A stretch of 62,571 nt of DNA, the filler included, from Hausera hauseri (lineage: Eukaryota), in assembly GCA_046269625.1 (NCBI GenBank). It is 11 parts of 11 records of this genome, joined end to end, with 100 filler letters (N's around TTAATTAATTAA, not from the genome) between each part and the next. Parts side by side here need not be neighbours in the genome. Positions count along the whole stretch, not along the records: positions 51,059 to 56,248 come from JBJURY010312054.1; positions 56,349 to 62,571 come from JBJURY010123318.1; 9 more parts are not named here. The stretch is one strand, 5' to 3'. Positions 50,959-62,571 of this stretch are shown in pieces. The first letter of the stretch is position 1, and each line of letters opens with the position of its first letter. The notes under the pieces are model-generated. The model saw only the letters and a list, made by a program, of their open reading frames with translations, had not been told where the DNA came from and did not search any database. The position numbers and the translations under genes are program-made.

Positions 50959-51367
50959 NNNNNNNNNNNNNNNNNNNNNNNNNNNNNNNNNNNNNNNNNN
51001 NNTTAATTAATTAANNNNNNNNNNNNNNNNNNNNNNNNNNNNNNNNNNNNNNNNNNNNGCAAATACAGCCGCTTACACCAAATAATTGTTATTACGTTAT
51101 TAGTAAGGAGTTTAAACGCGGGATTATAAGCGGTTAGAGAGGGATTATGTAAAAGCTAATTAGAGAGCAAACATTGATAGGTTCAACGCAAATCAAAACT
51201 TATTAGTAAACGGTATAGAGAAACTTAATCGAAGAGAAACACGAAATAAACTTTATACTGAAGATAAGATAATAGATAAGCACTGTTTATCCGATACTAA
51301 ACTAACCTCCGTTGAACAATTTAAAGCTCCTCCTAGAATTAAAGTAGATAGACCGAATAAAATAAAA

Positions 51368-52460
51368 ATGGCAGCAGAGAACCCAGCTGTAGCCCAAAAA
51401 CTTGACATATTTACGTTCGATTCCTGGAACTTGCCGGCCTATGATGGTGACCCAGATGAACTTACTGACTTTTTACGAACCTACAAATTACACGCAGAAT
51501 GTGCCAGTCTTGCGCCCAAAGTTATGATTAAGCGATTGTCCTTGTACTTGAAAAATCTGGCTGCAGACTTACTAATAACGAGAAGAAATCATGGTCCTCT
51601 GTAGTAGGAGCCCTAAATCGTAAACTATTGCCAATGGCGACGCCATAACAGAAGCTTATGGCTTTCCAGAATAGAACACAACAAAAGGGTGAGTCAGTTA
51701 CTGAATTCGCATTCGCACTAAAGAAGCTTGCTAATAGTTACGTGAGTACGTTAAGGATAACTAATGGGGCAAAGGCGAAAACAGACGCATAACGTGAAGC
51801 GGCATAAAAGGCGAGTCCGACAGATTTAGATGTCATGATAACAACACAGCTAATAAACTACATATAGTCCAGAGATCTTGTTAAGCAACTAATTTTAGCC
51901 CGACCAGATAATTTCGAGACTGCACTACAGTTAGCACAGAACCTAGAAATGGCACTAGATAGGTATGCTAAACAGAGTGATAGATATGATCGAAATAATG
52001 ATCGTGATAACCGGGACAGAAACCGAAATAATAGAAGGTTCAACGAAAATAATAAGAATTGATGCTATGAAACTAGAACTCAAAGCGCCATTAACCGCAA
52101 CTCAGGATATGATAATAGGAACTTTAATGATAGTCGGAATACATATAATCCTTATAACAAAACAGGTTATATTCAGGATAGAAACCAAAACAATGACCGA
52201 GGCAATAAGAACCGATATATAGATAATCGGAGTTTTGAAAATAGAAATAACGGAATCGACAAGCAAGCTCAAAACAAGACAACAGGTAAACTCAAATCAC
52301 CAGTAAATTAAGATGGGAGACAAAGGATCGGCAGAGACGGGAACCTGATTTGTTATTCTTGTGGTAAAAAAGGACATATAGCTAGATCATGCCCTAATCC
52401 ACGGAGTGTATCATTTGCAGAAACCAGTAAAGCTAGCACGATAAAGGATAATTCATAAGG
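51368..52460 (+). pseudogene. Ty3/Gypsy-like gag with CCHC knuckle
   Basis: LPAYDGDPDELTDFL, RTQQKGESVTEFAFALKKLA, an R/N/D-rich linker, and ICYSCGKKGHIARSCP at 52351-52392. Confidence 0.8.
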
Positions 52461-52488
52461 AATCTACGGAAAACAAGGTGATATAAGA

Positions 52489-55400
52489 ATGATTATCGAG
52501 ATGCAGGACTTACGAAGATATGTGAAAAATATGGGCGAATCCAATAATCCAAAAGTAATCAAGGCCAGGAAAGAGTATGAAGAAAAGCTGCATCAAATGG
52601 AAGTTTATCATTGGTTAAGAGAACCAAGAACAGAGTACGAAAAAGCTATAGCACCAACTAACATGGCCAGGAAGAAAAATTTAAATCAAGCAGTGAAAGA
52701 GCAGGAAGAAAAAAACCGACTGCGTCTTCAAGTGTAAACGTGGACGCGGATACCGAAATCGTGTCTCAAAATAAATATAAAACAACGGACGAAGTTGAAA
52801 ATGAATTTATAGGGCCATTAATACTCAAGATAACCCAGAATAGAGGTAGAAGCCCCTCTCTTAGGAGAAGGTCAAGAACTCGTTCACGATCACCAGTTAA
52901 AAGGGATGCAGAAAAGGAGAAAGACTTCACAATCACTTTAAGAGATGAAACAGAGTTAAATACTCCTGTTACAATACAAGACGCTTCGGAAACAATAAAT
53001 ATTTCAAATATCGACAAAATTAGCGAAATATGTCCGTTACCACCTAGCGAAGAGGAACCAAAAGAGGAGAGATCTATTAAGTTTGGGAAGATCAGAAAGT
53101 CTTGGAAAAATGCAAGCGAACTAACCTAGATGACAGACACACTGAAGGATCCTGAGAGACTACAGGAAAGCTTGCAAAAACTTCAGCGGAATAGCAAACA
53201 ATTAGATATCTCCGGAAAAGAGCAACAATTCATAGAGAAGTTATATAAAAAGTTCAAAACTGGCCTCCAGAAAGAGGAAGAAAATATACCATATGAACTG
53301 CAAGAAATGCCGCATGACTCGATAGAAAGTTGGAAAAAGAAATTAGAATTGTGGACGAAGAGTGAAACTGAGTTTGCGAAAATAAGGTTGAATAGAAATG
53401 AGCCGATTATCGACCAGCTCAATCAAGCACAAGGACTATTAGACACACTTAAGAGCAATCCAAAACTAAAACGAGTAAAACGTAATTTAGAGATTGCTAT
53501 ACGAAATCGAAGGAGCGATAATTTCTTATCTTCATAACAAGTCAGTATACGAACTAACTAATGTCGACTTAGAGATATTTGGCATAAACCAAATCAATAT
53601 CTCCCTTCTAATAGAAATGTGCAGCCTAACAAAGGATAACCCTCGGAATTACCCAGATTTAAAAGTACTCATTGAAAAAGAAAAGGAAACACGAGCCAAA
53701 ATTAACGACGTAAGAATCAGTTTAGTTTACCTTGAAAAGGCAGAAGTATAGAGAATAATACGTGTTGACTTCTCAAGTTAGATGAGTATAGAGAAGAATT
53801 CAATTATATAAAACAATTTATAGAATTTGTACGAGGACCAGACCATGAACTAAAAGAAGCTTTTGAGGCGTTAGACGAAATAATATACGCTAAACCAGCA
53901 ATATCTAAACAATTAAGGAAGTGAATAGACTTGTTATCTTCCATAGCAGGGATAATAAACGAAAGATGGAGAGATTTCACCGATGGAGAGAGACATCAAT
54001 TAGAGGAAATGTTACTAGATATCGGTACGATGGAAGATGAAGCGAAATTGCGAATTAAGTTCAAATTATTTCGAGAGCTTAAATTTATGATCGAAGATCA
54101 AGACCAAACAACACTGACAGAGGTATGTAGTATGGTAGAAGAGAAGGAGTTTTACAAAAAAGAAGTAAGCTAAATGATCTACAGAGGAGTTTAGGGAACA
54201 TCCGTTGGGAAGAAATACAGAACCTAATGCAGAAACCATTGAAAGAAACTCTCAACACAGGAAATAGAAATATTACAAGTATGTAACGATCACCGAATTG
54301 CTCTGGCACAAAAATTACAATATTTACAGAATCCAGCAGAATGGACGCCAGGTTTTGACTTACATTGTCACACTAAATTAACAGAAATTAAGAAGGATCT
54401 TTAGTTGACGTCTGACGAAGCCAAGTTCATAGGCAGACTAATGGATGCAATAGATCCGGACGTGGAAGCGTTGAATCAAATGCACAAATTAATCGTATTA
54501 TTAACAGAAATGGCAGAAATTGACGAAGTAGTAGCTAAACGACTAACAAATAGAATAGGCCTGGTGAAAGAAACACGGTTACGCTCCGAAAAAAGTCAAC
54601 GCGAGCTAAACGAATTACTGAGAGAAACAGAAGTTTATAAGAATAAGTATTTCCTTACAGAGGCCGAAATAAACGACAAAACGGAATTTATACAAAGATG
54701 GCAAAGAGACAGAATCGCAGAAATGACTAGTTATCTGGAAAAGGCTTTGATACAACTAGAAAAAATGTGCCGATTAATAACATTGATACAACAAGCGTGT
54801 GAAAAAGGAGATTGATTTAGAATATCCGTAATGAAAATATTGCAACCGCAGTTAAGAGAATTACGCGAAAGAACCCAGGTTGGGCATATAGTACTAATGA
54901 ACTACGAGTTACCTGATTCAGAAAATGAAGCCGAGTGGGATAAATATCTCCAAGATCTAACCGAGAAAAATCAAAGAACTCCGATACAAATTTATGAGTC
55001 ACCTACCGGTGCGCAGAAGACGAGATTTGATGTGCAAATGCTACTTGATCCCACGCTAGCTGAAAAGGAATTGAGTAGTTTGTTGAAAATAAACATAAGC
55101 GAAGATAAGTTAAGGAGACTGATTCCAACCTTGACTAACCTATCCAGCGAAAATACCGCATATAGCGCCGTACCCAAGCTCTTAATAAGAGAGTACGCCA
55201 AACTATTGAAAAACAAACCGGAAGTGGAGATTAAAGTGAAAGTATCATCCGAATGGATGGATGATGAGGAATTTGAGTGTATTACTTCTACCACCGTCGC
55301 GGATATAAGACAACGAATAATGGATAAGCATGGAAAAGAATAAGTTAATTACCGGCTTTATTTCAGGGGTAGAATATTAGATGAGTTCGAATCCTTAATA

Positions 55401-55943
55401 GACGTAGGGATCATACCCCACGAACAGAATCAAATAATAACAATAATTGTCAATGAACAAACCAAAGACGAAGCCATAAGGAAGGCACATACAGAATACT
55501 GTGTTGGAAAAATCACGGGGATTCAGGACGCCGCAATGTACTCTGAATATTTACAGACGGATGACGAAAAACCGCAATATGATAAAAATTTGGTCCCGCC
55601 AAGCGAAACCTTACCACCAGTGAAACCGAAACGACCAGTCGGAAGACCAAGAAAAATAAAAGAAGTGGACTATGATGCAGACCTAATTAGAGAACTATGA
55701 CAACTATCAGTACCTACTCCGAATTCAGATAATGAAGAATTAATCGAGTTAATGAAGGATTTGATAAGGATAGTTAATTATACCGGATTACAAGGTGACA
55801 TGCTATCCGAGAAAAAAAGGTTAATATATAAAATGGCACGGACCATGAAAATTTTACGATTCAAGTTATCTAAAAGTACCCTCTCTGATGAAATGGTGAT
55901 TTATCGGATTATGATAGACAATGCAACGGAAAAATTAAAGTAG
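52489..55943 (+). pseudogene. Large decayed non-pol ORF: RS-rich patch, helical/coiled-coil body, ubiquitin-like domain (~55222-55452), AT-hook (55629-55655)
   Basis: Fragments at 52740, 53130, 53931, 54405, 54831 and 55752 share one frame, broken mostly by single stops. TTVADIRQRIMDKHG..YRLYFRGRILDEFESLIDVGI and KRPVGRPRK. Confidence 0.65.
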
Positions 55944-56003
55944 TGGGAAGGGAGGACACTGGGCCAACCCCCCCGCGGAGATAAAAATGGTGTGGGTCGC
56001 AGA

Positions 56004-56147
56004 TGAGTCATTGGTTAGAAAAAACGATACACACATGCACGATTAATAGGGCGGAAATAGGAGACACACAGTTATGAAAATAATACACACAAGAACGCGT
56101 ACTGTATGGATTGTAGGCGGACTTAAAAATTTGAATTTCGCGCCAAA
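56004..56147 (+). promoter_or_regulatory. Cluster of AP-1, CCAAT, GC-box, CHR and E2F-like sites
   Basis: TGAGTCA 56004, ATTGG 56010, GGGCGG 56049, TTTGAA 56130, TTTCGCGCCAAA 56136. Confidence 0.4.
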
Positions 56148-56348
56148 AATTTTTTTGTTTAAATTTTGATAAATTGCTTTTGTTTAAATTGTGGTATATA
56201 GCTACTAAAAAAGCCTAACAAACAAAAACAACATAAGACATAAGGTAANNNNNNNNNNNNNNNNNNNNNNNNNNNNNNNNNNNNNNNNNNNNTTAATTAA
56301 TTAANNNNNNNNNNNNNNNNNNNNNNNNNNNNNNNNNNNNNNNNNNNN

Positions 56349-57300
56349 CTACTCAAACTTGGCTAAAACTGCACCAAATTTGGCTCCAATCGGAAAACGT
56401 CGTCAACTCTTTAGCCAAAGCCAACAGCCTTTTTCCACGTACCAGCTTCCATTAAAACTAAAATCACCGATATAATCGATATCCCTCAGCATGCTGACCC
56501 ATATACACAACTCTATAATGCCGTCCTCAAGCTTACTGAGCCTTAAATCGATTTAATCATTCAAAGGTTCTTTAACGACAACGCCGTGGGCCCTCAAAAG
56601 CCTTCTAAATTCCTACGCACATCCTTGTCTCACCTAAACACCCTTAGCGTAACCTCTGAACACAGTCCCGAGCTTCTTCGTCGCTATTTCTTAAATGCCT
56701 TGCCCCTTCAAATAAGAGCTTTGCTAACTGTTGTTGAAGACTCCACGGCTCTTGACAAACTAGCCGAACTGGCAGACAAGGCATACGACGTACTGCACTC
56801 ACATGCAACACCAATTATCTTTGCAGCATTGACAACAGATCAACAACAACAAAATTCAATGCATCAGCAACAAATTGCGCAATTGCGCACACAAAATGAA
56901 ACATTACAAAAAATATAAACAACATTAACGATAAACTAAACGCATTAACACTACCTCGACGGAGTTTTTCTAGGCCTGATTCCCCTAATGCGTTTAATCA
57001 ACGTCAAAGACTGTCGCCTTCGCCTGTGCGGTCATTAATTTGCTATTATCATAGCAAATTTGGCAACAATGCTCAGAAATGCTGCATCGGTTGTCAATTT
57101 TATTAGCCTGATTTCAAAACAAGCAACATCGTTTGCAACTACCACTCAAAATTTGGCACCAAAACACACAAATGCCTACCTGGCTGTACTTACAGCACAC
57201 ACAATAAGACCAACACGAATAAGTTCACACAAAACAGTAGAACAAACTCACCAGTTCCAAAAAACTAATTTCGCCGCTAGGGCACACGGCAAGTCCTAGC
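56349..57300 (+). pseudogene. CsRn1-clade Gypsy gag with two CHCC motifs
   Basis: QKPSKFL, FLNALP, LAELAD, then CYYHSKFGNNAQKCCIGC and CNYHSKFGTKTHKCLPGC (both C-x2-H-x9-C-x3-C). Confidence 0.85.
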
Positions 57301-57354
57301 AAAGGCAACAACCAGCAAAAACATAGCCGACACATTTCCTCCGCTGTTTTCACG

Positions 57355-60300
57355 TTGGAAGCAGAGGTTATCACTCCAACAAAACAAAAAATAAACTTTC
57401 TTATAGAAACCGGTGCAGAAATCTCTCTACTACCACCAACACAACACATACAACACAATTACACTTTACAAAAGCAATTGTTCGCTGCGTCCGGTGAACC
57501 CTTACAAATTTTTGGAGTCACCACATTAACATTCACTTTCCGATACTTCACAAACACATTCGCATGGAAATTTACAATAGCTAATGTACACACACCTATA
57601 TTTGGTTCAGACTTTCTGTCCCATTACAATTTACTCGTAGATTGTAAACAATGTTCCTTAAAGAGCGAAAATAATCTTAATCAAATCAGCAGCATTTCGA
57701 TGACCACCCCGGCGACCGCGTCCAGTAAGTCAATACTAAAGAAAAGGACTACCGATTTGAATTATTTTTATAATCATTTATTATATAGAAATTTTTATTA
57801 CGGTGACAAATGCGATATTGCAAACTGCGTGGCACCTATTACTAATAGCACAGCTGCCAACATTATCTTCAACACGAATATCCTGCACCAAATACCACCC
57901 AGTCACAACACCTCATCTATAACTTATACCTCAACTGAATCCAGTCACAGTACATCGACATCATCGGATAATTTGTCATCGTTGCCTTCTGCTCTACAAC
58001 AATACATTTCTTCTTGCACGCGTCTGTTGCAGAAGGACAAATCCATTGTACCACATCAATAAACCTTTCATCACATTGTAACAGCACATCAAAGACCAAT
58101 ACGTCAAAAGGTCCGTCCGCTATCGCCTCGTCGCAGACAGGCAGTGGAAGCTGAGTTCCTTGACCTTGAAGAATCAGGCATAATCAGAAGATTAAAATCT
58201 CCCTGGTCTTCACCACTGCATGTGGTTCCAAAAAAAGATGGCACCTTTCGCCAATATGGTGATTACCGACGAATTAACACCATAACAACAATGGATGCCT
58301 ACCCTTTACCATTAATCAACGACATTCTTCACAGGCTCCATGGTGCGACCATCTTTTCCTGCATTGATCTACACAAAGCATGCCACCAAATCACAGTGGC
58401 CCCAGCATATATTCCGAAAACGGCTGTCATTACACCTTTCGGCCTTTTCGAGTACCTTTTTATGCCTTCTGGACTCCGTAGTGCTTCCCAGACCTTCCAA
58501 AGGCATATCGATACAGTTATTTCAGGTTTAGACTTTGCCTATCCCTATATTGATGACATCTTAATTGCCTCATTTTCCCCCAAGCAACACTCTGAACACT
58601 TACGTTTAATCTTCCAGAGCTTGCACCAAAACAATTTGCAAATTAACTTCTCCAAATGCTGCTTTTTTCAACATAAGGTCAATTTCCTAGGACACATCAT
58701 TAGCTCCTTTGGACATTCACCTCAGCCGGATCGCATCACGCAGCTCAAAAACATACAACTACCACGTACATCCACAAAGATGCGTTCTTTCCTTGGAACC
58801 TTGCACTTTATTCATAAGTACGTCCCACATTGCTCCATTCTAACCGCTCCATTTGCATCACTAAGCTCCGGAAAGAAGAAACAGCCTATTCAATGGACCG
58901 CCAATTTAGTCAATGCATTCGATTGTCTCAAAGAAAATTTAAAAACGGTTGAAATCCTGGCGTATCCAGACTCCCATGCAGAACTCTTCCTAACTACTGA
59001 TGCATCCACAACAGCTGCAAGTGCCGTCCTCCATCAAGTCAAAAGTGGATCCCTTGAGCCACTAGAGTTCTTCTCTCGAAAATTCGCAGTACAAGAACAG
59101 TGATATTCCACCTTTGACCGCGAGTTGCTCGCAATGGTCCTTGCCATTAAACACTTCAAACATCTCCTAACTGCACGAACTTTTACCATACAAACGGACC
59201 ACAAGCCCTTGTTTCAAATTCTCACCATGAAATTGCCTTCTCCACGTCAGGAGAGGCAAATATCGTATTTGTCAACATTTAATTTTCAAATTAAGCATTT
59301 AAACGGAGTCGACAATTTAGTTGCTAGCTTTTTTGAACCGATCGGTCAGCTTGATTGATTTTTTACCAATTTTTCCTCAAATTAAGCTTCAACAAAACCA
59401 GCCACCTCCTGACATCATTAAATCTTTTAAATCTTGCAAAACCATCGACGGTGTGGCCTTTGACACCTCCAAACCTAATAATCCCAAAATTATTCTTTCT
59501 GAGTCGCTTCAAAAGAAAGCGATCCACAGCGTACATTCGTTGCATTGTCCTGGTGCCAAGGCCACTTTTTGTTTCTTACAACGCCAAGTAGTATGGCCGT
59601 CGATGCGCTCTGACGTGCAGGCATGGGTTAGGCAGTGTGTGGCACGCCAAAAATACAAAGTTACTAAGCACCTACAGCCACCACTATTTCATTTTCCCTG
59701 CATGTATAATTTTGAATCTGTCCACATTGACCTTGTAGGCCCATTACCCTTAGACAACGGTCATCAGTTCATTTTCTCAATGATGAACCGTTCCTCGCGA
59801 TGGCCAAAAGCCGTCCCGCTTCGGAGCACAACACAGAAACTATCGCAGACGTTTTCATCCGCACTTGGATCAGCAGGTTTGGATCATTTCGCCACATCAT
59901 TTCGGACCAAGGTCCACAGTTCGAATCCAACCTGTTTAAAGCTCTTGTCAATAGATTGGGAATAAACCATATTCACACATCACCATATCATCCCCAATTG
60001 AACGGCCTTCTCGAACGCTTTCACCCAACAATGAAAACGTCTCTTAAAATTCTTGCTGAGTCCAATCGTAGTTGGATCACACTCCTTCCGTACGTTCTGC
60101 TTGGCTGGCGGAACACACCATTAACTTCTACAGGCTGTTCACCTGCACAAGCATTATTTGGCACTCCCATCAAATCATTATTCGAGCTGACGGAGTGGAC
60201 AATACTCCTACAGACGAAACCATACAATCAGCACAGAGACACTTTGTTGAGATCAGAAAAGACTCATTTTGCAGACTGTTTCACGCAAATAAACACTACA

Positions 60301-60480
60301 TACCAGACGATTTATATACTGCCAAGTTTGTTTGGTTAAAGAATCAGACGTCGTGTGGTTTTCAACCTCATTATGTCGGCTTTTACAAAGTAATTCGCTT
60401 GCACTCCCACAACATCATTATTCTCAAAGACGACAAAGAAGTAACCGTTCACATAAATAATGTTAAGCCGGCCTTCTTCA
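57355..60480 (+). pseudogene. Gypsy pol: protease, RT, RNase H, integrase
   Basis: FLIETGAEIS (catalytic D changed to E), YPLP, YIDD, TTDAS, TDHKPL, HIDLVGP, ISDQG and NGLLERFH; several stops and frameshifts. Confidence 0.95.
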
Positions 60481-61200
60481 TTGACGATACGTCTCCCATC
60501 GAAACCACTTTTCCACCAACATCTTTACACGATGCTCAGCAATTTAACAATCCACCTTCCATCTCTGCTCAATTTCTTAATCCACTTTTGCCTACGTTTT
60601 CTCCAAAAACTTTCACTACAATTTCTTCTCACAATTCAGCTTCTTTCTCCCCACCCGATTTTGCACCTTCAAGCCTTCCCCCACCTTCTTCATCTCACAA
60701 CAACCTGCTTTCTCCTTTTACAGCACTTCCTCCATAAAACACCATTTCGACTTCACCAATATCTCCATCGACACCTATCATCATTCCAACCTCTTGCACA
60801 CCACCCTCCAACTACTTTCCTTTGCCTTCTCCATCTTTTCGCTCTCTTTGGCCTTGTACCTCTTCGTCGTCTTCTCTTTCTCTCTGTCCCTCTCTTTCCA
60901 CATTTTATTCATCTTCGACGCTTTCGTTCCCCTTTTTTCTCACACATCAACTTTTACTCCTTTTACTTCCGCTTCACAACTTTCTCCTCTCTTTACCTCT
61001 TTCCCTATCCATTTTACTCTCTCTACTACAACTTCTGTTTCATCTTCAACTTCCACTCTCTCACACTATTCAATTCCAACCTCTACTACAACTTCTCTTT
61101 CGCTTCCTTTATCCTCCACTATACCTTTAATCATTCCTTCGTCTTCAACTATCTCTCTTCACCCTTCACCTTTTTCTTCTCTTCATTCTGATTCATATTT
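60480..61200 (+). repeat. C/T-rich low-complexity tract after integrase (Ser/Pro/Thr-rich frames)
   Basis: Strongly G-poor ~700-nt stretch with several overlapping open frames. Confidence 0.75.
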
Positions 61201-61436
61201 GCACAATACAACACTCACAACAAAATCCGACAATTTTTCCCCAACTTCAAACTCTGCAAGCAGACACACAGCACAAAGACAAAACACGCAGAGTCATATT
61301 CAGCAATCATAGCAGGGAAAAATCGATAGAAGGCACCCAACGTCTCGTACACACTAAGACCGACTGACACAGACATTTTTTCGTTTTGCGGTTTTTTTTC
61401 TTCCTTTTATACCCTTCAAAGTTTTCACTTTGCCAC

Positions 61437-61560
61437 GGGGGGTGATGTGGTGCCCACAGCGGCCGGTGCCCTTTGGCCTATTTGGTTGGGCGCGGCCGGG
61501 CGTCCGTTGCCGTCGCGTCGGGCCCATAGTCGGGCCCCGATCGTCCGCCTCGAAATCACG
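61437..61560 (+). repeat. Polypurine tract and start of a truncated 3' LTR
   Basis: GGGGGGTGA then TGTGGTG at 61446, followed by a GC-rich stretch that ends abruptly. Confidence 0.65.
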
Positions 61561-61801
61561 ATATGTGACTGCATCAAGTTACTCGTTGTTCAAGATTATT
61601 TGACAAAACTGAAAAAGCGTAGCAATAAAGAATTCATTATTTTGCGACTTCATTCGTCAGATTTGAAAAAAGGTCGCACGATGTATCTGTCGTTATTCCA
61701 GTATCTTTACACTCATGACAGATATGGTGTTGTAAATGAGAAAAATATGGGCCTTAAAGATTATTTCCACTTTTACTTATATGAAATTTTTTGGTTAGAG
61801 A

Positions 61802-62571
61802 ATGGCAGGAAAAACTGTTAAACAGCTCTATGGAAATGGAACCGGTCAAAGTTTTATGGACAGAGTTAATGCTGCAAAGCACAGTTTTACTGGTTCGGGT
61901 TTAGCAAACGTTGTTGTTTGTAAAGCTACTACGGAGGAAACTACTGCTCCCAAAAAGAAGCATTTAGAATATCTCGTTCAATGTACGTTTGAACAAAATG
62001 TGTCCATTCCAGAATTAGCCAATTTATTAATAGAGAGAACGCAACAACCAAATTGGGTTATTGTTTTTAAAGGTCTTATTACGATTCACCATCTTATGAA
62101 CTATGAAAATGGGAGATTTTTCCAGTATATTGAGTCCAATAATAGCCAACTTAGTTTGTCCAGTTTCATGGATAGAACTGGAATACAAGCATTCGATATG
62201 TCGAAAGTTGTCCGTCAATATTCTCGATATATTGAACATAAATCACGGTCGTACAAAAGTATGGCGTTCGACTTTTGTAAAATCAAACGAGGCAAAGAAG
62301 AAGGAGTGCTGAGAAAAATGACAGCTGAAAAACTGATGAAGACTATTCCTATTTTAGAAGTGCAGCTCGATTTTATGCTTGACTTTGATGCGAATAGCAG
62401 CGAGATTAATCATTCAATAGTTTATGCATCCTTCTTGTTGCTGTACAAGGATGCAATACGATTGTTGGCAACATACAATGATGGAATGATCAATTTTGAT
62501 AGAAAAATATTTTTCGATGACAAAGAAACAATGTCGAGAGGCTTTGAATTGTTACAAAAATTTCACGAAAC
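61802..62571 (+). CDS. PICALM: PICALM/AP180 (ANTH-domain clathrin assembly protein) 5' region, intronless; frameshift near 62497; runs off the window
   Basis: GQSFMDRVNAAKHS, CKATTEE..PKKKHL, WVIVFKGLITIHHLM, AFDFCK and YKDAIRLLATYNDGMIN, then LIEKYF..KKQC in the +1 frame. Missed by the ORF track because there is no stop. Confidence 0.92.
   Translation, partial: MAGKTVKQLYGNGTGQSFMDRVNAAKHSFTGSGLANVVVCKATTEETTAPKKKHLEYLVQCTFEQNVSIPELANLLIERTQQPNWVIVFKGLITIHHLMNYENGRFFQYIESNNSQLSLSSFMDRTGIQAFDMSKVVRQYSRYIEHKSRSYKSMAFDFCKIKRGKEEGVLRKMTAEKLMKTIPILEVQLDFMLDFDANSSEINHSIVYASFLLLYKDAIRLLATYNDGMINFDRKIFFDDKETMSRGFELLQKFHE

Noticed and set aside
52489-55943. Stop-codon reassignment explaining the in-frame stops
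   Set aside because: TAA, TAG and TGA all occur along with frameshifts; ordinary mutational decay is simpler.
60460-61312. Overlapping 100-240 aa ORFs as real membrane proteins
   Set aside because: Stop codons are depleted by the C/T-rich composition; not evidence of coding.

Overview
This window is not one locus. It is 11 unrelated eukaryotic contigs of about 4-9 kb, joined by ten artificial 100-nt spacers (N-run, TTAATTAATTAA, N-run). Contents: (1) 1-5971, a near-complete I-group LINE (ORF1 with three zinc knuckles; ORF2 APE-RT-RNase H-CCHC). (2) 6072-14965 and (6) 31623-37050, two decayed copies of one Polinton/Maverick-like protein-primed PolB (pPolB) family. They share an N-terminal zinc-binding region, a TCGA/ATCGAT-palindrome-rich upstream region and a candidate terminus. 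One copy has a 1.86-kb inversion between 11-bp inverted repeats and a hATm-like transposase relic; the other has a neighbouring RING ORF. (3) 15066-21267, an intact intronless ~1060-aa P-loop GTPase/coiled-coil gene. (4) 21368-26561 and (5) 26662-31522, relics of a second Polinton/adintovirus family (pPolB, small virion proteins, probable adenain protease) plus an ~88-nt hairpin. (7) 37151-42141, an Aurora kinase fragment, a CsRn1-type Gypsy fragment and a teleost-like L-myc last exon. (8) 42242-46541, an EHBP1-like bMERB exon and a Tc1-like relic. (9) 46642-50958, the 3' end of an env-bearing LTR element with a complete LTR. (10) 51059-56248, a gag followed not by pol but by a ~3.4-kb decayed ORF with a ubiquitin-like domain and an AT-hook. 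(11) 56349-62571, a CsRn1-type Gypsy element and an intronless PICALM/AP180 5' region. The best candidates for undescribed biology are the pol-less gag-UBL-AT-hook element and the pPolB family with its unusual terminal region. All family calls come from motifs recognised by eye; no database searches were run.
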